From Sarea resinae (Eukaryota), in assembly GCA_026026165.1 (NCBI GenBank), contig JAPEUD010000015.1:310001-374000 (forward strand): a stretch of 64,000 nucleotides of DNA. The letters run 5' to 3'. Shown here piece by piece: positions 39,301 to 50,812 of the stretch. The notes beneath the pieces were generated by a model. It had not been told where the DNA came from, did not search any database, and was given only the letters and a program-made list of their open reading frames with translations. Each line of letters starts with the position of its first letter. Within the stretch, counting starts at the first letter, position 1. The position numbers were made by a program, and so were the translations under genes.

Positions 39301-40954
39301 TGGTCGGTACTCTCGATCTGATTTGATGGCTCGTGCCATTCCTTGACTTCCTGCGTGTTGAAGACGATGACCCTTTTATCCTCATCCTGCAGCCACGACT
39401 CTTCCTCCTCAATCTTTTTGATCTTCTTGCGCGCGGCCCGCTTGCGCTCTCGCGTCATACAGCCGGTGCATATCTTGACTTCTCCTCCATTCAACGGCCT
39501 GCTCTCATCGTCCTCACTTCCGGACGGATCCCCGGATGAGCAACGCCTTTCGGCTTGCTTTCTGATGGGAGTAGTATCACCCGCAGCACGGGCAAGAGCT
39601 CTGTGCAGATTTTCCGGACACTGCATTGCACTGGTGCAAACAAGCATCGTTCGAAGCTCCAATGTATCGGGCGATTTCGTGTAAGGAGCCTTTGCTAGTA
39701 GCTTCGGCTTGGAGATGGTGTGCGTTGGGAGATGCAGTTTGGTTACGCCCGGGGGTAAAGGATACAGAGTCAGCTTGATGGGAATTTGAGTCTCCACTCG
39801 AGACTTGAGAGGAGTTGGATGGACAGTGAATGAAGTCCTCGTCCCTTGCGAAGCCGGTGCAATCGGGAGATATGAAGATGCGGGGATTTGAGAGGCTAGA
39901 GACGGATGCAGGCCAGGGTTTTGCAAAAGAGAAGGGGGCGCATGGGTGGCGAAGTCGAAGCTCATGGGCCACTGCATGTTCTGCGGGGAGCCGCTGAACA
40001 TAGGTGTCGAGAAGTCTCCACCGGTGCTCGATCCAGGAGATTGAGCGTTGAAGAGGGCCGACGGAGAGGATTCTTGGCTTGTGACCATGGCCGATAGAGG
40101 GGAAGCTTCGCGGGAATTCGGAAGGTAAAAAAGAGACTTCTGACTTGGTCGCTGCGTTCACATTAGCAACTGTCTGGCTTGAGCGATTGCAATCTACTTA
40201 CCGAAGAGCTTTTATTCGGCGTGATCTTAGTCGCTGGTCCGGGAGACACTCGGTATCGAACATCAGGTCCCGTCGCCGGTCCTCGCGGGCTAGCTCCTGC
40301 CGTCTCACCGGCGCCCATCGGGCTTGGACTGCTCGCCGCGCTCTCAAAGTCGAAATGATTCTCCATTGCCTTATTGCTGGTTTCGAAATCAGAGTCGAGC
40401 GACAAGAGACCAGAGGCCATCCCCATGAACGGAATTCCATGGCCACTAGGTCCAAAGGGCCCCCCTTCTTCGCCCATGGTGATATCATCTGTCTTCCAAT
40501 CATTCAATTCCGCATCATCCATCATGGGAGCGTCCGCTATCAGGGCGGAATGAGAGGAATTCGAAGACGACTTGCGTTTATGGCGTCGCGACGTGTCCGA
40601 AGACGAATCCTGAGCGGAGCTGTCTGGAGAGATGGATGACGGGGCGGAGACAGGCAGGCTTCGCTTTTCGTCCTCGGAATAAGACGAAGGAAGTGCATGT
40701 ACGGTGTGATTAGGGACTTTCGTCGGTGATCGATATTCCGAACCCAGTGAGCCAGCGTTCTGCGAGGGTGAAGTGCTCAAGAAATCGTCGTCTAGGAAAT
40801 GGCTCGTGCCGGCCGGCGAATCCTGCATGAACGCCGAATTGAAAAATCCAAAGCCGGTATCCTGCAAGCCCCCTTCCATGTCCGAGTCCAGAATGAGTGG
40901 CGAGTTCAGACCTGGAACAGTCGTTGCATGGGCTTTGTTGTCGGAGGGTCGCAT
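36352..40954 (-). CDS. MGA2/SPT23: Spt23/Mga2-like membrane-tethered transcription factor (IPT/TIG + ankyrin + C-terminal TM)
   Basis: KSRVETQI, CMTRERKRAARKK, RIACYCRH, MITDDHK, IPT IHKLIPNEGPKAGGIEVTCLG, ankyrin repeats (GQTMLHLAC, GFTPMMFAA), PPPAYEE PY motif, SDRNLFFIWIPLLIIIVAML TM. Introns 40152-40201, 39158-39204, 36505-36567. Start uncertain. Confidence 0.92.
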
Positions 40955-43192
40955 CGCCAGCCACTCTAGAGTCGATCAATCTTGCGGGATGGGCGCGACG
41001 GTTCAGATGGGTGTCGTTGTTTGCAATGCCAGTGGGAAGCGTGCTCGAGAAACCCAATCCTCGACGGCAATGAGACCAGAAAAAGGTTGAGTGAAGATTG
41101 CGCCCGCGATACTTTCCACCCGTTCACTGATTCTCGCTCACCAGGAGTCCATTGTCTAGCTGTCAATCTTGCGTCTGCCTGCTGTTGCCGTTTTGGTTGT
41201 TGTTGTTGTTATCGTTGTCGCCGTCGTCGTTGTCGTGTTGTCGTCGTCGTTCTTGTTGTTGCAGCACCTCTCCCTGAGACGGCTCTCGAGATTTAGAGGC
41301 TGACGGCCGATGATCGTCGCCACTTCGGCACAATGGAAGACGTCGCGCGGTGAGGGTTTCGATGGGGGGGCAGAGACGGTGAGGGATGAGCGAATGAGAG
41401 AAGAAAGGATTGGCTGAAGCCGTACTCTGTACTCGGCTGCACATCCAAGTCGACGCTTCACTGGAGCCTGTAGGCTGACTGATGGGTGGATGATGGACGA
41501 CCGTTTGGGACAGGAAGTCGTCCAAAGTCGGTTTTACCTTTTGCGGAGATCGTATGTGCGCTAAAGGCTCATGCCACACGGACGACCCTGACGACGACTA
41601 CCAGATGGTGCGAGTAGTGGACTTAGACGCCAACGCTGGTCGACGAGGTCCACTATGACTGATCGCCTCCAGTAGCACGACGGACTAGAGGCTGTCAAGA
41701 CGGTATGCATAAAAAGGCTTCAGGATTCAGGAGGACTTGGTGGCCGTCTCGATCGATGCCTTTCCTCCCGGGGATGGTTGGCAAGTCGTACTGCGTACTC
41801 CGGAGTAGGTGATGTTCGAAATCACTCGAGGGCAGCCGTGGACGGCACCCACACGCCTGATCTTGGAACGACGATAGTACATCGTAGTGGGCGACGGTGG
41901 TGCGAGCTGGTACTTCCCCTGGCCGGTACCGAGTACTCCTTGGCGGACGTCCAGGACGAGCCGAGCGCAAGTAGATGTGCACGCGGCTCAGGTACCTTGA
42001 TCACGATGGAAGACACGAGTACGGAGTGCTATGTAGACCCCGGCATGGCTTGACGCGCGACAAGTAGAAGTAACCGTCCAAAGCAGGGAAAGACGGGACT
42101 CGAGAGAGGACTTCGTCCGCGGTATCCTACGTGTACGGCATACGGCGCAGGCACCTTCCAATAGGTCACGACTGACTGGCTACCTGCATCGAGAGAGTAC
42201 TTCGGTTTGCTGGTACATACGAGGGCAGACGGGCCAGTGCCGAGTACTGCCCCGACCGCGAGAGACGGACCAAGAGGGATGTATAGAGTACATCCATGAT
42301 GAAGGGCACGTCACACGGGAAGTGTACATTCGGTCCGTTTCAACCGTACCTAGAGTACCACATCAGTCATTCGATACATCAAATACTCTACTCCGAGTAG
42401 AGTAGTCGACTGCATACTATGTACTCTGGCTGGATCCATGGATGGGTAATGCCGTGGCACTCTGTTGTACATTGATCCCTCGTGCATCAGATACAGCAGG
42501 TGTACTCGAGGAGGCCTGACGATGACCATCTTGTATTGATCTGCCCCATCGCAATTGGATCATCAATCACTAAGATGGTACTTCGTAGTAGGGACTGGTG
42601 CTTCAGATATGACTCCTCGACCCAGCCCAGCCCTACTGACATCCATACTGCGTACTTGAAGTAGTCCCTACTTGACAGACGCAGTAGTCGAGTGGGCCTC
42701 CTCCCTCCTGCGCAGGCCCCATTCTCGTTGAGTCCAAGTACCAACCACTTCGTGCGCCGTACACCGCTAAAAGACATCTCAGCCACAAGAGTGCGTGGAC
42801 ACCACAGGGCACTATCTGCTTTATCCTGCTCGCGGCGGACCTCGCCTAATCTAGACTAGGTACCTACTGCACTTCAGCACTCGACGATCAAGGTCCGGAG
42901 TACTTCCCTCCTGGACTCTCCCGTCAATCCGTTCCTGAATCCACAATAAATCACAGCATCTCCATGGATACTTCAGCAGTCAAGAGGTTTGCATTCAAAC
43001 TAACGTCAGGTCACCTTCAGAGCGCTCTACTCGTAGCCTGGCAACAAGTCCGTCCACCTATCAAATTGCCTTCCTCTCAGGGATCTATTCGCTTGACCAA
43101 TCCTGCTCCCTTAGACTCTGAATCAAACGTCTCCACGTATCGGCCATCGCTGCCGCAAGAGACCTTCAGACCATTTGATCACGAGTTCCATA

Positions 43193-44915
43193 TCAGCTTC
43201 CAAGAGTTGGCGCAGCGCTGATGGGTCGCCGCAATCCTAGTGCTTGTCCGTCGTAGTCCGTGGGTTTTCCAACCGGAACTGGAGCACCACCGGGTTGGAT
43301 TTGCATGCTTTGAAGTCGAAGGGGCGCTGGCTCATCGTTGGAAGTGCTGTCGAGGGCTTGTGAGATCGTCCGTGGCAGGTAGAAGCCTAGTTTGCTCATG
43401 GGGATGCTCAAGCCATGAACGACCTGTACGTATGAGTAAAGATCCAATTGCGGGGCCAGTGTAGAGACGTACGATACTACATATCGCCAGGAACCACACG
43501 ACGACCGTCATCACCTCCTGAAGTCTCTTTGCGTCTTCACGTATAGAGCCATCGTACTGGATATCATTGAGGAATTGGAGGCTGATGTAGAGGTAGAATA
43601 TGGCACTGACACCCACGGGCCCGAAGAAACCCACGAACAAGGCTTGCCGCAAGCCTTCAATCTGCCAAATATATTTGTGCATTGCGAATATGACGGGTAA
43701 TCGTCGAAGTAGAAGGATCAGGATCCCAAGAAAAATGAGTCGATAGATAGGAATGACATCGTTTTTGCGGAACGAGGCCCAAGGGCAGACTGCTCCCAGC
43801 CACATAAACATTGATAGATTGAGAAGCATATCTATAGTGGGTTGCAATGAGTCGTCGAGGGTTTCGAGCCGGAACCAGTCACTGCCTAGATCAGCTTACA
43901 TTCTTTGACGAGCAATCACGAATCCACTCACTCGAGAGTGAAAACATTGCCGGCGATGAAGCATGCTAGAACGTCGTCACTTCCGATCATTCCACAAGTG
44001 CCTGTGATGAAAAGCTTTTTGCGTCGTCAATCACTATTCGACAAATTCGTGCATGTGCAGAACGTACAGCAAGAGTGATGGCAAACACCAAGAAGCTTTC
44101 CCTGTCAACAAACTTCTTTTCTTCCGCCCAGTGCAGCAGCTCCTTAGCAATCCAGCCAACGGTTGCCCCGTAAACAATACTCAGTAAGATCGTATAGCCC
44201 CAGGTCTCTCCAAACCATTGACCCATGGCCTCACGTGCACCTCCAGTCTGTCCTAGTCCGCCGCCTCCAGTGTACTTGATCAAGTACAATGCGATGAACA
44301 GGAAGGGGTATCCCAGACCATCGTTGGCGCCAGATTCTGCGATAATGATCTTTTGAAGGTCCTTTGGCACATTCTTATCTGCAAACTTCCCCTTCACTAT
44401 TGAGTTGGAGAGAACGGGGTCTGTTGGAGTCACGCATGCCCCAACGGCTAGTGCGTGAAGAAAGCTGAGGTGTGGAACCATGGCCCAGATAAGCAAGCTG
44501 CCAATGAGCCACATGCCCGCCATTCCAGGGCCCAGTAGGAGTGAAAGACTCTTCCATTGTCTGTGTAGGTATCCACTGGGCAATTGTACCCCTGCCAAGA
44601 TCAATTGCACACCAAGGACGAGCCGACAGAAGTACAGCGTAATAGAGTCAAGATTCGCCTGAGAGCCCAGAGCGAAGTCGAGTGGCTTTATAAAGTTTGT
44701 TGCGTGAGGTGAGAATATAATCCCGGCGGCGAGTGAGAGGACTGGTATTAGGACTTAGAACACGGTCTCTCCCCTGGGTCACAATGTGTGTACGTACGAG
44801 CTTCCGAAAGGTAGAACTTCTCTTTGCAGAGGAAAGAGACGAGCCCAAATAGAGTAATGAATCCTCCCAATGTCGCGCATACGATGTTGAAATTGGTGAG
44901 CTGCAAGGTAGGCAT
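43193..44915 (-). CDS. CPA1-family Na+(K+)/H+ antiporter (Sod2/Nha1-like, short C-tail)
   Basis: TPTDPVL, AESGANDGLGYPF, GSDDVLACF, GFFGPVGV, VHGLSIP. Introns 44742-44797, 44015-44067, 43882-43931, 43424-43472. Confidence 0.92.
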
Positions 44916-45670
44916 ACTGACGTTCAGCTATAGGTATGGTTATAAACGACAGTAGAAGGGACGGGTTAGCCAATCTCAGTCTTTCCCTTATGCTTGAGAA
45001 TGTATGTCTTCAACCTTGGCGGAGAAGAGCAATCCACTGGCGTTATTGAATCATCTGGCCGGCTGAGATACTGAAGCAGTAGAATGAGAATGATGGGGTC
45101 GTGATTCCTGAGTGTTTCATGAGCTCTCTTGCAGATGAGAAGATTCTAAGTGGACTTTTGAAATGAACAATTGTTGCAAGTATTGGGAAAATAGCAGTTG
45201 AGATGGTCGTGGTCGAGAACGGTGGACCGGCTCCAGAGGTTTGTAAGTGGGGTTTTGAAGGGTCAGCCCGCATGTGAATCATGATCTACCGCCGTGGACG
45301 TAATCGATCCGTGAGATAAGGTTCATCCAATGGCTAAAATCCAAGCAGCCCTCGCGAAAGTCCGAAGATTTCTAAATTCCCGATTCATCCCAGTACGCAT
45401 TCCCTTTTGCTTCGCATTGTAATGTATAAATTCTTCAAGCAAAAGTGTGCCTGGATTTTGTATTTTTGAGAAGAACCACAGAGTAGTTGTTCAATGGTGC
45501 CATTATCATTGTAACTCTATCTGAACCCATCAACAATATTACACGCGCCTAGAAGAACAATCCCTCAAAATCGAGACAGGTGATCCATATTACACTGATA
45601 CAACCATGAGACCGAGCCATACCTGATAGTGCGCCAGTGTGATAATACCCAGGTAGGTGAGCTACAACAT

Positions 45671-46976
45671 TCAGCGCGCATTTCTGGCTCCATCGACAGC
45701 CAGTCTGTCAGCTGCAATATTGCCAGCGTGATCAGCATGCCCCTTGAGCCACTCGAACTTAGTCTCAACTTTCAAAGCATTACGTTCTTCAATCTTCGTG
45801 AGAATGCTCTCGACGAGATCCCTGTTCTCTACTGGCTTTTTAGCGGCTGTCTGCCAGTTGTTCCTGCGCCAATTGATATACCACACTGTAACGCAGTCGA
45901 TCGCATACTTGCTGTCTGTGAAAATGGTCACACTGCGATGGCGTGGGGCAATGTCCAGAGCTCGTAGGATTGCGGTGAGTTCGGCACGCTGATTTGTCTG
46001 CCGTGGGCCAGCCAATGCCTCGGAGACATTTCTTGAATTTGATGAGCTACGAGTTGAGACAGGCATGATAGTAACAAGGATTGCTTACCTCTCGTCGTCC
46101 GCGCCAAAATACACACCCACTCCAGCGATAGCACCACGAGCGCCATTACCGAGCGAGCTCCCATCGGTAAAGATCCGCAACATGCCAGGCCTTGAATCCC
46201 CTTTGGCCTTCAATCTCATCGCTCCTTTTTGTTCGTCGGTTTTGTACTCGACCTTGCCCGTGACGGGATTGAAAAGAATGTTTGGATCGAATCCATCCTC
46301 GGCATCAGGCGGCAACGGACCAGTGCCTGGGTCTGATAAAACATCTGTATGGTTTGAAAGACCCTTTCCATCATTTAGACTGTTACCATTCTTCTTTCGT
46401 TTTTTGGAGACGGGCGCCTTTTCTTTTTGGAGACCATCTACGGCGCTGTCAGGCACAGAAGAATCTACGCCTTCTCCATTTGTCGCTGATCCATTCAGAG
46501 AAGCAGCTTGCACAAACGCTTCAGCTTCGGCTCGACTGGCAAATGACTTATGCTTAGGTTTCGTCCACCCCTTGATCTGTTCCTGGGCCGTATCCCAGTC
46601 GGTATAGACCCCCGGCACTCTTCCATTCTGAATAGCATAGAATTTGGTGGCTTCGAGAGAGGATATGGGGCGTTCTGGGCCTCTTAGAAATCTCTCCGCA
46701 TCTGTAAGCGTCGAAAATGACTTATCTGCGAACATTGGAGTTAGTATCTCCCATGAATGACGCTCTAGAATTCCTACATGTCGCGCCCTTGAAACCTTTG
46801 ACCTGAGCCAGGCAATCCTTCCAAGCATGGTATATCCCAGGTTTGAAGCCGGCTCGTACAGAGTAGAACTTCGGTTCTGATGGGCGCTTCCGCTTTTTGT
46901 CGTCTGATCCTAGACCATCGGGAGGAGAGACGGAGAAAGTTTGAACCTCGCGGGCTGGCGTTCGTTTCAAGTCCAT
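45671..46976 (-). CDS. RNH1: Ribonuclease H1 with two N-terminal hybrid-binding (Cauli_VI) domains
   Basis: KFYSVRAGFKPGIYHAW and KFYAIQNGRVPGVYTDW; catalytic IFTDGSS, TNQRAEL, TDSKY, GNIAADRLA. Introns 46726-46777 and 46032-46088. Confidence 0.93.
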
Positions 46977-48188
46977 GGCGGCAGAGAGAGGAGACACGGC
47001 CGCTGAAGAAAAGATCCAGGGTGGTATTTGCTCAATCCCAGGGTGTTTCCTGATCGAGGCACTGAAGAAAGATGCCAAACACACAGGAGCACCCAGCCCA
47101 CGCCGATGATAGCTTATCAGATGCTTTGTCGCGCCTGTGAAAGCCACACGTCCTCGACGAATTGAGCGATCTATCTTGACGGCTCGCGCCAGGTTTCTCA
47201 AGGAGATCGCGTATACGTTAAACTATGGACAAGACTCTAGAGTCCATCGCGCCTTGGAGGATATTGCTAGATGATTCAGGAACGGCTCATGCTGAATTGC
47301 TTAGATGGCAAGATGGTAGAATCGGCGTAAGGAAGCTTGCCAGGCAGATTGTAGAGAGGGGTAGGGCGACAGAGTCACTGTTCATCACAACAAATGGTCC
47401 ATGGGGTAAGAGAAAGAGGAGGACTTTTGGGGGTATGAGGGAGAGAGGGGGACGGGGAGGAGGGGGTTGGTCATTTGGTTCCATCTACGACTACATACAT
47501 TGCTTTGAGCGGGGCGGCAACAACCGTTCAAGGTAAATGCAACGAACCAAAAGCCAACAATGGACATAATGTGCATCATGGACATCATGGACATCATGGA
47601 CCTTTTATATCCTCATCCACGACTAGGCAACACTCAGGAATTCTGAATAGGCCACAAGGAAACCGTTTTCTGGCCTCTGCACGAATTTCCATGGCCCGAT
47701 GTTGGTTGCTCAACTTCCCTCACTGCGGTACCTCCCGCAGTCCTGATACGGAGCAATTGCGTTGCAGTCAAACTGACGTGCGATCTCAGGAACCTACAGA
47801 GTACAGAGTGCCTAGCATTCCTTAAATACCTCCCTTAGGTATGAGGCAGGTACCTTCTCGGGTAGGTACCCGGGGAACTTGCCATCGGAAAAACCTCGCC
47901 GGATTATTCGCCCGACTCTGTCTTCCCCAGCTTCTAGATAAGACAGGGTCTTGCACCGGGCTCCAGTCATCTTGAGATGCTGTTGGAAGATCTATTATCT
48001 TCAAGCTCCGGGTCAGATCAAGGTGCTTACCTGTTCTCCAATCATTCTCGGGCTGAAGCTGTCTTGCACGTACGAGATATCCTTGATCATGAGATTTCTT
48101 AGATACCTTTGATACCTTTGAGATTGGGTCTGTATCTAGACATCGCCTCCACTGATCCCTGATCATAGACACTGGAAAATAATTAGAC

Positions 48189-49916
48189 ATGGCCAAATTG
48201 TTAGATGCAAAGGAAGGTCGGTCACCTCCGTTGTCAGTCTTGAGCCATCTCGAGATTCTTGTGGGATATGCCTCAAGTATGATTAGGCTGACGAGCATGC
48301 CCCAGTTGCAAAGCATGACACACCGGAAAGCTGCTGGGTAGTCCTCTACGATACTGTTTACGATGTTTGTCTCTCTTCATCGGCCCTCGCAGGTCTGACC
48401 ACTCAACTCTTTAGGTCACTGATTTCCTCCCGAATCACCCCGGCGGCTCGAAGATAATACTACAATTGGCGGGCCGAGATGCCACGAAAGAGTATGACCC
48501 CATTCACCCGCCTGGCACTCTGGAAGAGCATCTCAAACCAGAGGCGAAGATTGGAAGAATAGATCCAGAAACTCTTCCCAGGCCTGAAGAGCCGTCCGTG
48601 GAAGACTCTGCGGACCAGGTACAGGATGGATCTCCTCCGCTGGACTCCCTTCTCAATCTCAATGATATTGAAGAAGTCGCAACGAAACGGATCAGCCAGA
48701 AAGCGTGGGCATACTACTTTTCTGCTTCTGATGATAGTATATCCAAGCAGCTAAACAACCGGATATATCAATCAATCCTTTTACGGCCTCGGATCTTTAT
48801 AGACTGCGAGAGATGTGATACATCTACGACACTGCTTGGACACAAAGTTGGGCTTCCAATATTTGTGTCGCCCGCGGCAATGGCTCGACTCGCCCATACA
48901 TCGGGTGAGGCGGGTATTGCACAGGCTTGCGGGAAGTTCTCTGCATTGCAGATCATCTCCAATAATGCGTCGATGACACCCGAGCAAATTGTCAGGGATG
49001 CCCTTCCCGGACAAGTCTTTGGCTGGCAGCTATACGTCCAGACAGAGAGAAAGAAAAGCGAAGACATGTTGAAAAGGATAAATGCACTGCGAGATAAAAT
49101 TAGGTTCATATGTCTCACCCTCGACGCGCCCACTCCTGGGAAGAGAGAGCTCGACGAAAAGTCAAAGAATGTTGGGTCCAAGCTCCCAATCAAAGCCGCC
49201 GTCCAGGAAGGATCTGCGAGTACACCATCGCCTCAATCCACAGGGCTTGGCAATGCCTTATTTGCCGGCACGTCGCCTAAGCTGACTTGGAAGGAGACTC
49301 TTCAATGGCTGGCCAGGCAAACATCGTTGCCAATTGTGCTCAAAGGTGTGCAGACTCATGAGGATGCATATCTTGCCTACCTCCATGCTCCTCAGGTCAA
49401 GGGAATCATACTGTCCAACCACGGTGGTCGCGAGGCGGACACAGCACCTCCTGCTATCAATACACTGCTAGAAATTCGGAAGTATTGCCCCGAAGTCTTC
49501 AGCAAAATTGAAGTGTGGGTCGACGGTGGAATTAAAAGAGGGACAGATGTAGTGAAAGCTCTCTGCCTAGGGGCCAGAGGCGTTGGCATCGGAAGAGCTG
49601 CCTTGTGGGGTCTTGGAGCGGGAGGACCCGAGGGTGTGGAGCGTACGTTCGAAAGTAAGAAAGGACTCCAAGCTATGCGAAGGAATGTATATACTCACCT
49701 TTACAGTTCTCAAGGCTGAACTAGAAACGGCAATGAGGCTCCTGGGAGCGCAGACGGTTGATGAACTCGGTCTTCAGCACGTAAGCGCTTGTAAGGTCCC
49801 GATGGTGAGCTGTGAGCTAATGTATACAGGTCAATACACGAGCTGTGGAGCAGCAGATATATGACGGCCCAGACGGACTGGAAAGACCTCGACTTTGGAT
49901 ACAACCTAAACTATGA
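48189..49916 (+). CDS. Flavocytochrome b2-like FMN-dependent alpha-hydroxy acid dehydrogenase (cytochrome b5 + FMN domains)
   Basis: Heme domain [18 protein letters not shown] domain [27 protein letters not shown]. Introns 48217-48305, 48365-48414, 49655-49706, 49781-49829; ends ...WIQPKL*. Confidence 0.92.
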
Positions 49917-50343
49917 AGGCATGCTGGCCCTTAAATTCCCTGCAGGAGAATCCCCTCTGCATGAACATAGAGTAAATAGATTATACCTGACGAAAATAGT
50001 TGGATTTTGAGAGTAATGTCACATAGCAATTTCGGCCTTGGCAGCTAGGATCTTGTAGCAAAAATAAAGGCAACTGGATTCCCCATGCTCTGAATCGGTC
50101 TAGAACATCGACAGCTCACATGCTTGTTCTGTCAGGCTCGATAATATATAGAAATCCGAGAGGTAAATACCCACTGCAGCCGACAACGAGCTGGACAACC
50201 GAACTTGGCGAACTCACTCTTTTGACATCTGATCGTCCGGCGATAAAGAACTGGCTGTCTGATTCTCGGCTTCTTCCGCTCCATTCATCTCCACCAGCGT
50301 CTCCATACCTCGTAGTGCATTCGCCCCATGATCCTAAGACGCA

Positions 50344-50812
50344 ATGTTCGAGGTAAGACATCACTTCAGATGAGCATGGCGAAGGAAAGCCAAAGACTAA
50401 CAAGGCTCAGGTCCATGCCTCTGACCGTTACCACCTCCGGCTTCATCGCGCTCGGTCGGTCGTGCTGACGCCCGAGGAGCTCATCGAAGTCCGCGCCGCC
50501 CAGCGAACTTTTGAAGGCGCATACGTACGCACCGCTCTCGGCCAATTCTCCTTCGCGCTCGTGGTCCTCAAGATCTTCACATCCGAGTTCTACAGCATCG
50601 GCGCCTTGTTCGCCGTCTACGGGGCCGGGGTCTTGTTCGTGAGCCTGTTCCGCCGACAGCAAGGGAACAAGCAATTCTTCTCAGAGATTGGCGAAGATCA
50701 ATTAGGCAGGAAGAAGTTTAGGACCAGTGGAAATGTGGTGGTCGTGCTGACGGCACTCAGCGTTGCCGCTTATGCTGTTTTGTTGGTGTTGACGTTGCGG
50801 CTGGATTCTTGA
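50344..50812 (+). CDS. Small DUF202-like three-TM membrane protein
   Basis: RAAQRTFEGAYVRTAL (DUF202 ANERT..W.RT-like) plus three hydrophobic segments. 9-nt first coding exon (MFE), intron 50353-50410. Confidence 0.75.

Noticed and set aside
45671..46976. RNase H as a retrotransposon remnant
   Set aside because: Has introns and two hybrid-binding domains, with no RT, integrase or LTR; it is cellular RNase H1.
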